From Eledone cirrhosa (Eukaryota): a DNA stretch of 64,000 nucleotides. The stretch covers positions 71,114,001 to 71,178,000 of the forward strand of contig OZ024740.1 in NCBI GenBank assembly GCA_964016885.1. Direction: 5' to 3'. A program made the position numbers and the translations under genes. Shown piece by piece: positions 1-10,260 of this stretch (positions are counted from its first letter, which is position 1; every line of letters starts with the position of its first letter). The notes beneath the pieces were generated by a model, which was not told the origin of the DNA, searched no databases, and worked only from the letters and a program-made list of their open reading frames with translations.

Positions 1-462
1 CATTTTCTTTGACCCATGCTAGTATGCACATATATTTGTGTGTGTGTAAATGTGTAAATATGTATATGTGTGTGTAAATGTGTAAGTGTGTGTGTATATA
101 TATTTATATTTACATGCATGTATGTTAAATGATTATATATATAATCATTTAACATACATGCATGTAAATATATATATACGTGCATACTTGTATATATGTA
201 TGTATGTGTGTTTATTGGTTGGTTCTTTTTATTCATGTTTTGAGCCACACCAAAGTTCAATTGAGCAATTAATAATCCGGTGATTTCAAGAGCTGTGGGG
301 GCGTTGGTGGTGGCAGTGGTAGTGGTGGTGGTGTTTGGTGTTTGTACTTTTTTATCGACCTTGAGGCAAAGTTGACCTTGATGGGATTTTGAACTCAGTG
401 AGCAGAGAGGCCAAACGAATACCACAAAGCATTTTAAACTACATTCTAATGACTGCAAATTC

Positions 463-495
<33 letters not shown>

Positions 496-498
<3 letters not shown>

Positions 499-3400
499 AC
501 GAGAATGCAAGCACTCCTCCTTGTTTCGGCCCAGGATGGCTAACATAACCCCCCCCCCCCGCGCCCCACCGCTCCCACCCTCCAAACACAATCCAAAACT
601 TCAGAGTTGGTACCATGAATGTAGGTACCTTAAAGGGTCGCTCTAACGAGGTTGTAGAAATGCTTGAACGTAAGGAGGTCGATGTTTGTTGTATTCAAGA
701 GACCAGGTGGAGGGGAGGGTCGGCTAGATTCATCGTGGGTAAAGAACGATGCTATAAGCTTTTCTGGGTGGGAAATGACAATGGGTTGGGTGGGGTAGGA
801 ATCATGGTAGCAGAAAAGTGGGCAGATAAGATAATAGACGTAAATAGAGTGAACGACAGAATAATTAAAATAAGACTTGTCCTCAATAAAACTACGGTGA
901 CAGTAATATCTGCGTACGCACCCCAATCCGGACTGCCCCGCGCTATAAAAGACAAATTCTACGAGACACTGATGCTCGCTACCTCCCAAATAACCGACAG
1001 TGACTATATAGTTATTGCAGGCGACCTAAATGGTCACGTTGGACAACATTGTGACGGCTATGACGGAATCCATGGAGGCTATGGGTTCGGTACTAGAAAT
1101 GAGGAAGGCTCCAGAATCCTGGAATTCTGCGACGCAAATAACTTAACTATCTGTAACACTAACTTCAAAAAACGAGACAATCACTTGATCACCTATAGAT
1201 CGGGGGAACACACAAGCCAGGTAGATTATATCCTTACCAGAAGACGTGACAGAGTGTCTGTTGTTAACACTAAATCCCACCCCCATGAAGAATTCACCTC
1301 CCAACATAGACTGATAATTAGCGACCTCATAGTCAGGACGAGACGTACTAGACAGCGGAAGAGGACTATCCTCAGGAGAAAAATATGGAAGCTAAAGGAC
1401 CCCATAGCCAGAAATAAATTTCAAAGCATATTACTTGACGCTTTCGACAGTAAGGAAGAGCAATTAGAGTCGTATAATATAGAGGAACAGTGGGAATTCC
1501 TGAGAGCAAACCTGCTGACGGCGGCAGACGAAGTCTGTGGTTGGAGCAGGCCTGTAGGTAGGAGGAGAGTAACATGGTGGTGGAACAGTAAGGTGGAGGA
1601 GTCAATTAAGGCCAAAAAGCAGGCTTGGAAAGTATGGCGGGATGGGGGAAGTAGAGAAGACTATCAATTGGCCAGGAGGGAAGCTAGGAGACAAGTGTAC
1701 TTCGCAAGAAGGGAAGCAGAGGAAAGAAAGTTCAAGCATGTTCTACAACGTGAGGTGTTCAGGATTGCCAGGCAATGTGTCAAGGAAAACCGTGATATTG
1801 TCGGGGAGAAGTGTGTACTTAACGATGATGGCATACTTGCCATCACCGACGCTGATAAGAAGGTAGCTTGGAAGTGTCACTACGAAAGGCTTCTAAATGA
1901 GGAGAACAAATGGGAGAAAGACAGTCTCCCCCAGATCGATCCAATAGAGGGACCAGCAGTGTTAGTTGAAGGTAGTATAATAAGTAAGGCAATCAAAGAT
2001 ATGAAGACGGGTAAGGCGGCTGGGCCTTCGGAAATAGTTGCTGAGATGCTGAAGGCATCTGGTTCGGTGGGACACACCATGGTCACCCGGATAGTTAACC
2101 AAGTCGTACAGAATGGGGTTGTTCCGAAGGAATGGCGTAGCAGCATCATCGTTAACTGCTATAAGGGAAAAGGAGATGCCCTAGATAGGAGTAACTATAG
2201 AGGCATTAAATTAATCGACCAGGTCATGAAGGTCACGGAAAAAGTAATAGCGCAACTAATCAGAGAGAGAATTGATCTAGATGAAATGCAGTTCGGGTTT
2301 GTGTCAGGCAAAAGTACCACAGACGCTCTTTTCATTGTACGACAACTACAGGAGAAGTACCTAGCTAAAAGTAGACCCCTATACTTAGCTTTCGTCGACT
2401 TGGAGAAAGCCTTCGACAGAGTCCCCCGTTCCATTATCTGGTGGTCTCTTAGAAAACTAGGTGTTGACGAATGGCTTGTGAGAGCTATACAAGCCATGTA
2501 TAAAGAAACAGTCAGTAAGGTTAGAATTAACAACGAATATAGTGAAGAGTTTAGCGTAAAAGTTGGTGACCATCAGGGCTCTGTTCTTAGCCCCCTACTA
2601 TTTATTATTGCCCTTCAGGCTATAACAGAGGAGTTCAAGACCGGCTGCCCATGGGAACTCCTATACGCAGATGATCTAACGCTCATAGCTGAATCAATGA
2701 CCGAACTAGAGAAGAAATTCCAAACGTGGAAGCACGGCCTAGAATCAAAAGGCCTTAAAATTAACCTGGCTAAGACTAAAGTTCTAGTTTGTAGGAAAGA
2801 AAATAAGGCGGCGGTCCCATCGGGGAAATGGCCATGCTCAGTGTGTAGGAAAGGCGTAGGTAGAAACTCCATTTTATGTCCCAAATGCAAAGTATGGGTG
2901 CATAAAAGATGTAGTGGGATCACAGGTAAGCTAACTAAGAACATAGATTTTACATGTGGCCGGTGCTCTGGTGCAATAAGTAGCAGCAAGTGCCCACAAA
3001 ATACTAGCTCCTTCAACTGCGCAGAGGGTTCTATAGAAATAGTGGACAGCTTCCGTTATCTGGGTGACAAAATCAGCAGTGGGGGAGGGTGCTCTGAAAG
3101 TACAGTAGCTAGAGTCAGAACTGGATGGAAAAAGTTCAGAGAGCTTATACCACTATTAGCCGCTAGAGGGTTCTCCCTAAAAATGAAAGGCAGGTTATAC
3201 GATGCCTGCATACGAACAGCAATGCTGCATGGCAGTGAGACCTGGGCATTGTGTGCAGAGGATATACGCAGACTAGAGAGGAACGAAGCTTGCATGCTCC
3301 GCTGGATGTGCAATAGTAATATACGTGAACGGCAAAGCATAAACGAACTAAGGAAAAAATTAGAAATAAGAGGGATCAGATGTTGTTTACTCGAGAGAAG

Positions 3401-4132
3401 GCTACGTTGGTACGGTCACGTGATGCACATGAAAGACGACAGCTGTATAACAAAGTGCAGGGCAATAAAGATAGACGGTAGCCACGGAGTAGGCAGACCC
3501 AGAAAAACATGGGACGAGCTGATAAATTCCGACCTCACACGCTTACACCTCTCCAAGACAATGTCACTGGACCGAGACCTTTGGCGGTACTCAGTAATAG
3601 AGAAGACCCGCCTTACCTAAATACAAAGTAAAAACCTACTACAGTCAGTAGGCATCTCTATCAAAACACACCCCCGTCCCACCACCTCCACCCCACCCAC
3701 ACCGGCCCTTTCAATGTAAAGTTATGTTGGTCCCACAACATCCAGGCCGAAACAAATGAGATCATGTAGGTGTCACGACAAAAAACACACAGTCCACGCT
3801 GTAAATGTGGCCGTGTAGGCAACACGGTAAAAACCTCCCAGCCCCACACTGTAAATGTGGTTGGTGTTAGGAAGGGCATCCAGCTGTAGAAAACCCGCCA
3901 GACAGTCCACGCTGTAATGTGGCCGTGTAGGCAACACGGTAAAAACCTCCCAGCCCCACACTGTAAATGTGGTTGGTGTTAGGAAGGGCATCCAACTGTA
4001 GAAAACCCGCCAGACAGTCCTATGCGAGCAAGACAATCACTCTTGCCTCAAGTGGGAAAACCCCCGTCCAAACCCATGCAAGCGTGGAACACGGACGCTA
4101 AACCTGATGATGATGATGATGATGATGATGAT
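496..4132 (+). mobile_element. RTE-clade non-LTR retrotransposon, family A, slightly 5'-truncated copy with (GAT)n tail
   Basis: Single ORF with APE endonuclease (CIQETRW, YAPQ, GDLNGH, VDYIL) and RT ([24 protein letters not shown]). RTE-type C-terminus ([15 protein letters not shown]). Begins in (TA)n and ends ..acggacgctaaacct(gat)n. Confidence 0.95.
615..3620 (+). CDS. RTE APE-endonuclease/RT polyprotein with PHD finger in RT; lacks the N-terminal extension of full-length copies
   Basis: 1001-aa ORF. Compared with the copy at 44493-47723 it has a 5-aa in-frame deletion (QREVF vs QREDQKREVF) and GDHQG instead of GVHQG. Confidence 0.85.
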   Translation: MNVGTLKGRSNEVVEMLERKEVDVCCIQETRWRGGSARFIVGKERCYKLFWVGNDNGLGGVGIMVAEKWADKIIDVNRVNDRIIKIRLVLNKTTVTVISAYAPQSGLPRAIKDKFYETLMLATSQITDSDYIVIAGDLNGHVGQHCDGYDGIHGGYGFGTRNEEGSRILEFCDANNLTICNTNFKKRDNHLITYRSGEHTSQVDYILTRRRDRVSVVNTKSHPHEEFTSQHRLIISDLIVRTRRTRQRKRTILRRKIWKLKDPIARNKFQSILLDAFDSKEEQLESYNIEEQWEFLRANLLTAADEVCGWSRPVGRRRVTWWWNSKVEESIKAKKQAWKVWRDGGSREDYQLARREARRQVYFARREAEERKFKHVLQREVFRIARQCVKENRDIVGEKCVLNDDGILAITDADKKVAWKCHYERLLNEENKWEKDSLPQIDPIEGPAVLVEGSIISKAIKDMKTGKAAGPSEIVAEMLKASGSVGHTMVTRIVNQVVQNGVVPKEWRSSIIVNCYKGKGDALDRSNYRGIKLIDQVMKVTEKVIAQLIRERIDLDEMQFGFVSGKSTTDALFIVRQLQEKYLAKSRPLYLAFVDLEKAFDRVPRSIIWWSLRKLGVDEWLVRAIQAMYKETVSKVRINNEYSEEFSVKVGDHQGSVLSPLLFIIALQAITEEFKTGCPWELLYADDLTLIAESMTELEKKFQTWKHGLESKGLKINLAKTKVLVCRKENKAAVPSGKWPCSVCRKGVGRNSILCPKCKVWVHKRCSGITGKLTKNIDFTCGRCSGAISSSKCPQNTSSFNCAEGSIEIVDSFRYLGDKISSGGGCSESTVARVRTGWKKFRELIPLLAARGFSLKMKGRLYDACIRTAMLHGSETWALCAEDIRRLERNEACMLRWMCNSNIRERQSINELRKKLEIRGIRCCLLERRLRWYGHVMHMKDDSCITKCRAIKIDGSHGVGRPRKTWDELINSDLTRLHLSKTMSLDRDLWRYSVIEKTRLT

Positions 4133-4558
4133 GTATGTATGTATGTATGTATATATATATCTTTATATATATATATATATATATATATACGCATACATAC
4201 ATACTCATATATATATATATATATATACTAAGAGTGAGAAATGAAATTTTGTTTCATTCTATTCCACTTATCGTTTTCGGTGTGCCCGGCCGACTGAACT
4301 CACTCGATATGCAAATTAGGCTGCTCAGCCATTAATATACATAAGGAAAGTATGGGTGCATAAAAGATGTAATAGGATCACAGGTAAGCTAACTAAGAAT
4401 ATAGATTTTATATGTGGCCGGTGCTCTGGTGCAATAAGTAGCAGCAAGTCCCCACAGAATACTATCTCATTCAATTGCACAGATGGTTCTATAGAAATAG
4501 TGGACACCTTCCGTTACCTGGGTGACAAAATCAGCAGTGGGGGAGGGTGCTCTGAAAG

Positions 4559-4808
4559 TGTGGTTAGAAAAAGCTATCTCACTTACCGCTTTTCACAGGC
4601 GCCGCTAAATTCCACTGCAGGTACTCCTCTTCCACGTGCGTCCGACTGCTTAACACCGGGAGCTGCCCAAAACGCGTCCTCACCGTATGCTGGTCACCAC
4701 TAGAGAGAGGCCCTCTCCTGGCCCTTCCGGTCGAGCATCCTTCCGGTCAAAGACCCCTTCCGGTCGAGCACCCCGCCCCCGGCCACCGCACGCCACACCA
4801 TACCCACA
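4559..4808 (-). repeat. 3' LTR (250 bp)
   Basis: tgtggttagaaaaagc...catacccaca. It is preceded on the minus strand by the polypurine tract gagatcaggggggag (4809-4823). Confidence 0.93.
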
Positions 4809-4821
4809 CTCCCCCCTGATC

Positions 4822-7696
4822 TCAAGGATCAATTTCCCCCTCGTCCCTCTGCATATGAAAGTCTGCCGTCCAGGTCGGTGGTCTACGACTTCGTTGCGAT
4901 CTTCGTAGTATTGGGGCAGGGCTCTGGGTTTCCACCTCATCTTGGGTTTCCTCTTCCTCGGAGTCCGTCGATACAGTGATTCTTCTTACATCCAGGACAT
5001 GACGTGGTACCCCGTCCACGGACACATTGTTCTTTGAATTTACGGCCGTCACCGTTCCCCTTCCCCATTGAGATGTGCACCGTGCATCTGGGGGCTTAAC
5101 CCAGACTTCTTCGTCCACCTGCACGAATGCACTCTCTCTCCCACTGGCCGTTGTGGTGGCGTGCACGGGTGCCGCCACTCGTATTTGAATACTGCTCTAT
5201 GTGGCACCGATTCCTCGACCTGTCCAACCCGAGGGGACATATTGTACCAGAACACTGCCTCCATTGGTGAGATATGGCCCCGCTCCGCCATTGCCTTGAT
5301 CGTCCGGTGGTGTCGCTCCACGATTCCATTCCCGCTCGGCCTGTGCGCCGCTCTGAAGAAACGGTCCACCTTCCATCCATCGAGCATCCCCCTCAGTGCC
5401 TCCGAGCGGAACGCTGCGCTGTTGTCCATCAGCAGTTCATCCACAGGGCCCCGCTCCAAGAACACCTCTCTCAACGTCCGCACGATTTCCTCGGCCGTTC
5501 CGGTCTTCATCTCCCTCCATATCGCCACTCGACCTGGTCCACAGTCGACCATCGAGAGGTACGTTCCCTGCCGGTAGTGCGTCACATCCACCGCTAATCG
5601 CTTCCAGTCGCGATCCACCGGGAGGCTTCCCGTTTCGTGTACACCCGGGGCAGGATCAATGGACTGACATCGGACGCAGCCTCTAACCACCCCCCGAACA
5701 CTGTGTCTGCTAACGTCCGAGTTGATTCTCCTGGCTAGGAACAGGCTCCTATCCACCCCCATGTGGTGCATGTCATGCAACCCCTTCAGGTCTAACTCGG
5801 TCAGCCGACACACGGCAGCTATCTCATCCTCTACCTCCTCCGGCGCTTCCATCCAGGCTTTCTTCACTCTAGTTAAGATGTCCGCCCTATTTTTCTCTGA
5901 AGGCACGAACACTACGCTCAGCTTCAGGTCGAACTCGGTGGCCAGCTCTCCTAACGTTCCCAGGTGGCGCTTTATCAGCATCTCCGCCGCGCCTCTCGTT
6001 CGCTCTCTCTTCTCACTGGTGAGCACTGATCTTACCCATCCGAGTACGGTAGCCGAGTCGGTGCGTATCTCGATGGTGCGCAGCCCCCACCGCAGGGCGA
6101 GGTTCACCCCTCTCAACACCGCGTCCAGCTCGGCCACATTGATGTGGCTGCAGTCGTCCTTCTTTCTAAGCCAGGCTGCATGCTCGACCTCAATACCTCC
6201 TATCTCCAACGTGACACCCAGCGCTATGCTGCTGGCATCGCACCATACGGTCCTGCCCCGTGATTTGGGAACGTACCAGCGTCCCCGCACTGGATCGTCG
6301 GCCTTCACCCTCCCCACGATCTCCTGCATCATGGCCACCGTTCTCTCTCCCACTCTGTCACTCCAAGTCACCCCTCCCGCTCGTCTCTTGACATAGCTGC
6401 ATGCCGTCCGGAGCCACCCAGCGATCGGGTAGTGACCCACCAGCTTTCCACACACCGAGAAAAGCTCCCGCCTATTCATACTTGGGCCCAGTTCCGGAAC
6501 TTCATTTCCCCTCTGGAACACCAAAACGCCCGTCTTATCTCGCCGTAGCCTAAGTCCCAGCGCGGCTCCTCCCTCCAATGCTTCTGATGGCTTCGCAGTC
6601 AGTCCATACCTCCGCAAATGGCTCGTGACCTCCGCCGTCGACACCACCGACTCGTCCACTAGGATGTCGTCAATGTAGGAGTTAGTAGCCCTCTTTATCT
6701 TGTCGGCCCTCCCCAGAGCGGTCTTGAGGACCGCCGCCATGATCTTCGGTGCGGATCTCAGCCCGAAACCGAGCCTGGTCAGGCAATATGTCCGGCCCTT
6801 ATACCTGACCAGCTGATACCGCCAGAGCTTCTCATCTATATGCAACTGCAAGTACGCCGACTTTAGATCCACGATCGCTGAACCCCCGTCATGCGTATCC
6901 ACTCACGCAGGGTTTCCCCACAGACATCCGTGACCTTGCCACCCGTGTGGCATGACACGTGCTCGTTCAGATCTCGATAGTCCAGCACCGGCCTCACCTT
7001 GCTCTTCGTGGGTTGCACCACCGCCATCAACGGCAATACTCCGCACTTCACCTCCTCCTTCCATGGAAGCAGTATGCCCTCTTCGATCCATCTCTCTACT
7101 TCTCGCTCGAACTCACCCCTAGCGTTTCCCTTCAATGTGTGTTGATAGCAGCCCACTTTGGTCTTCAGTGTTGGTGGTTCTCCCTTCCAGTGCCACTCAA
7201 CAACCCATCGCTGCCCATCAAACACGGCCTTGAAGTCCTTGTCCTGTACAGTGTAAGCGGGGTATTGCTCCTCGTGGGCCTTCTGGTTCTCATGACGTGC
7301 ACTCACAGCGCATACCGATGCAGCGGCGCCAAACGACACACCGACATTGTTCACCGTGACGCCCCCTAGACGGCCAATCGCGTCCATGCCCATAACCACG
7401 CCGATCCCATCCACCACACTGTCTACCACGATGGCGGAAAACCTTATCGTCCTTCCCCGTACCGCTATTTCCATCTCGCTGCGACCTCGGCATTCAATTT
7501 TCCTGCCGTCGACTGCCCTTACGCTGCTCTTCCCTCCCCACCTCTGCGCCACCCCCGCGGTCACCAGTGTCGTCGTACAGCCCGTATCCACGAGGGCTCG
7601 CTGTGGCTTCCCCCTCACGAAGACTTCCACCACGGGCAGCGCCGCTACTCGTAAGGGGCAACTACCGGCGCAGTAGTTCCCCTTGGACCGTTTCCC
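4822..7696 (-). pseudogene. pol (protease, RT, RNase H, integrase) with two apparent frameshifts (~6885, ~5150)
   Basis: Protease ALVDTG; RT VRPVLDYRDLN, DLKSAYLQ, FGLRSAP, YIDDIL; RNase H WCDAS, INVAELDAV, TDS; integrase HDMHH..CVRC, AVDVT, MDN, NGIVER. Split over ORFs 6863-7633, 5049-6902 and 4822-5178. Confidence 0.9.
7639..7696 (-). promoter_or_regulatory. -1 programmed ribosomal frameshift signal (G GGA AAC plus stem-loop/pseudoknot)
   Basis: The slippery heptamer in the gag frame is followed by a 6-nt spacer and the stem AGGGGAACTAC/GTAGTTGCCCCT. The loop GCGCCG is complementary to a downstream CGGCGC. The -1 frame reads RSKGNYCAGSCPLRVAALPVVEVF directly into the protease. Confidence 0.8.
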
Positions 7697-8406
7697 TGGT
7701 CGCAGTTAGTAGCGATGTGGCCTGGTCGCTTGCACCGGTAGCAAATTATATCCGGCTTCGACTCTCTACAGTCTCTAGCCATATGCAGGCCATGACACCT
7801 AAAACAGCGGCCCTCAAATTCTCGCAAACGGCCGCGTGCCGAGGTTGCCTCCCTTTGACCATTTTGCTGCCAGGTGTCCTGCGCCTCCGTAGTCGCTATC
7901 GCCGCGACACTCTTTTTGGCATCTTCCGCTACAATCCGGGCTTGTTCCACCAGTGAACGCATTTCCATCTCCTTGTACCCTGGGACTTGCTGCAGTTTCA
8001 CCGCTATGTCGTCCGGAAATCCATTGATGAATGCCAACCGCACTGTGCGTTCGCATTCCGCCTGGTAACCCGCCAACATAGCCAACCGCCTTATTTCCGC
8101 TGCGAAAATGTCGACGCGCTCACCATTCCACCTGATTCTCGCCAGTTTAGCAAAAGCCGCCAACGGTCCCTCGGCGAATGCATCCATCAGACGCCTCTCA
8201 ATCTTCTGCACATCTCTTTGGCTGTGCTCGTCCAACTCAAGGAAGAGTACCAACGCGTCGCCCTTGAGGTACAATGCAATGAGACCGGCCACGTCTTCTA
8301 TCTTCTGCAAGCCCGCGACCAGCCGAACCTTCCGCAGCCAAGCGACAACATCACCTTCCCCGGTGAATGGCCTGATAGCTTCGTTCATCCGTAGTCTTGT
8401 CGCCAT
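7645..8406 (-). CDS. gag: Gag with two zinc knuckles
   Basis: 253-aa ORF just inside the 5' LTR, with CFRCHGLHMARDC and CYRCKRPGHIATNC. Confidence 0.9.
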   Translation of the reverse strand: MATRLRMNEAIRPFTGEGDVVAWLRKVRLVAGLQKIEDVAGLIALYLKGDALVLFLELDEHSQRDVQKIERRLMDAFAEGPLAAFAKLARIRWNGERVDIFAAEIRRLAMLAGYQAECERTVRLAFINGFPDDIAVKLQQVPGYKEMEMRSLVEQARIVAEDAKKSVAAIATTEAQDTWQQNGQREATSARGRLREFEGRCFRCHGLHMARDCRESKPDIICYRCKRPGHIATNCDQGNGPRGTTAPVVAPYE

Positions 8407-8465
8407 CTTCTGATTTGTTTTGCGGCAAGTGTTTTCTTTTTTTTTTTTTTTTTTTTTTTTCAGTC

Positions 8466-8477
8466 GCCGAAATAGCT
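8466..8477 (-). other. Putative primer-binding site complementary to nt 1-12 of tRNA-Phe
   Basis: Directly abuts the 5' LTR. Minus strand AGCTATTTCGGC is the reverse complement of GCCGAAATAGCT, the 5' end of animal cytosolic tRNA-Phe(GAA). No TGG-type PBS is present. Confidence 0.6.
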
Positions 8478-8700
8478 TGTGGTTAGAAAAAGCTATCTCA
8501 CTTACCGCTTTACACAGGCGCCGCTAAATTCCACTGCAGGTACTCCTCTTCCACGTGCGTCCGACTGCTTAACACCGGGAGCTGCCCAAAACGCGTCCTC
8601 ACCGTATGCTGGTCACCACTAGAGAGAGGCCCTCTCCTGGCCCTTCCGGTCGAGCACTCAAAAACCCCCTTCCGGTCGAGCACGCCACACCATACCCACA
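8478..8700 (-). repeat. 5' LTR (223 bp)
   Basis: Same termini as 4559-4808. Near-identical over ~180 bp, with a different structure in the ccttccggtc repeat block. Confidence 0.93.
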
Positions 8701-9575
8701 GAAAGTACAGTAGCTAGAGTCAGAACAGGATGGAAAAAGTTCAGAGAGCTTATACCACTATTGGCTGCTAAAGGGTTCTCTCTAAAAATGAAAGGCAGGC
8801 TGTATGATGCCTGCATACGAACAGCAATGTTACATGACAGTGGGACCTGGGCATTGTGTGCAGAGGATATACGCAGACTGGAGAGGAACGAAGCTTGCAT
8901 GCTCCGCTGGATGTGTAATAGTAATATAAGTGAACGGCAAAGCATCAACGAACTAAGGGAGAAATTAGGAATAAGAGGGATCAGATGTTGTTTACTCGAG
9001 AGAAGACTACGTTGGTACGGTCACGTGATGCGCATGAAAGACGACAGCTGTATCAAAAAGTGCAGGGCGATAAAAATAGACAGTAGCCACGGAGTAGGCA
9101 GACCCAGAAAAACCTGGGACGACTTGATAAATTCCGACCTCACACACTTACACCTCTCCAAGACAATGTCACTGGACCGAGATCTTTGGCGCTACACAGT
9201 TATACAGAAGACCCGCCTTGCCTAAGTACAAAGTGAAACCTACAGTCAGTAGGCACCTCTAACAAAAATACACCCCTGTCCCACTACCCCCACCTCATCC
9301 ACCCCCTTCAATGTTGGTACCACAACATCGAATCCGAAACAAATGAGGTCGTGTAGGTGTCACAACAAAAAAACACACAGTCCACGCTGTAATGTGACCG
9401 TGTAGGTAACACGGTAAAAACCTCCCAGTCCACACTGTAAATGTGGTTGGTGTTAGGAAGGGCATCCAGCCGTAGAAAACCCGCCAGACAGTCCTATACA
9501 AGCAGGACAACCAATCTTACCTCAAGTGGGAAAACTCCCGTCCAAACCCATGCAAGCGTGGAGGATGGACGTTAA

Positions 9576-9607
<32 letters not shown>

Positions 9608-9721
9608 ATGTATATGTGTATATATATATATGCGTATATGTGTTTGTTATATGTATGTATATCTATACATATATATAAAAGTAAAATGGTCTGTGTGTGT
9701 GCGTGTGTCCTCATTTTTGCA

Positions 9722-10260
9722 CCATCAAGGAAGCACCAGAGATGTTGCACCCTCAGCGCGTGTTTGGGCATCATCAGCCACGGCATGCCCAGCCCTCCAC
9801 GCAATGGGTGTTGACAGCAGATGGATCGTCTGACCATGGGAGCACGTCCCTTCCATAAAAAGCGGAAGAGGAGGCACTCCATTTTTGTCAGAGTTGGGCC
9901 GGGGCAAGGCACAACGGTTAGGCGGTAGCAGATGACGGATGCGATGAACGCATTTGCCACCTCTGCCCGACCTTTCAGGGACAGCTTCCTCTCGGCCAAT
10001 TTCTGGGTGAGAGAGGCCACCCTGTTCGTCACCTCGCTCCAGTTTTTCTCCATCTGGAAGTCTGGACTGAACCAGACCCCAAGCAATTTAGCCGATCCTT
10101 CCGTCCAGCGCCTCATGACGCTGTCAGGCGGCATGGACTTGCCTCTCCAGGTGCCAAGCTGCAAGCCCACTGACTTTTCCTGGTTTAACTTTGCTCCTGT
10201 CACTGCTTCAGATTCCTTGAGAGCAGTGCCGAGCATCTGGACATGTCCAGCGCTTGACTG
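9722..10260 (-). mobile_element. L1/Tx1-clade RT C-terminal fragment
   Basis: LNQEKS..AKLLGVWF..NWSEV..RKLSLKGRAEVAN..FRFLWKG..RGGLGMP is typical of the Tx1/L1 post-RT region. Confidence 0.75.

Larger units (their letters stand above)
4559..8700 (-). mobile_element. Full-length Ty3/gypsy-like LTR retrotransposon (gag, PR-RT-RNaseH-IN) with 5-bp TSD GAAAG
   Basis: Two TG..CA LTRs, TSD gaaag at 4554-4558 and 8701-8705, PR-RT-RH-IN domain order, and a purine tract next to the 3' LTR. Confidence 0.95.
4344..9607 (+). mobile_element. 5'-truncated RTE family A copy split by an LTR-element insertion (pieces 4344-4558 and 8701-9607)
   Basis: ..GGGCSES stops at 4558 and resumes (gaaagtacagtagctaga) at 8701, then continues to the stop at 9225, the 3' UTR and the (GAT)n tail. 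Confidence 0.93.

Noticed and set aside
2195-3340. Recurrent antisense ORFs in RTE copies ([10 protein letters not shown].., MKELVFCG.., MLCRSRILL..)
   Set aside because: They are shadows of the sense ORF, repeated only because the copies are similar, and show no domain features.
5722-6396. 224-aa plus-strand ORF inside the LTR element as an extra antisense gene
   Set aside because: It is expected by chance opposite a GC-rich pol and has no motifs.
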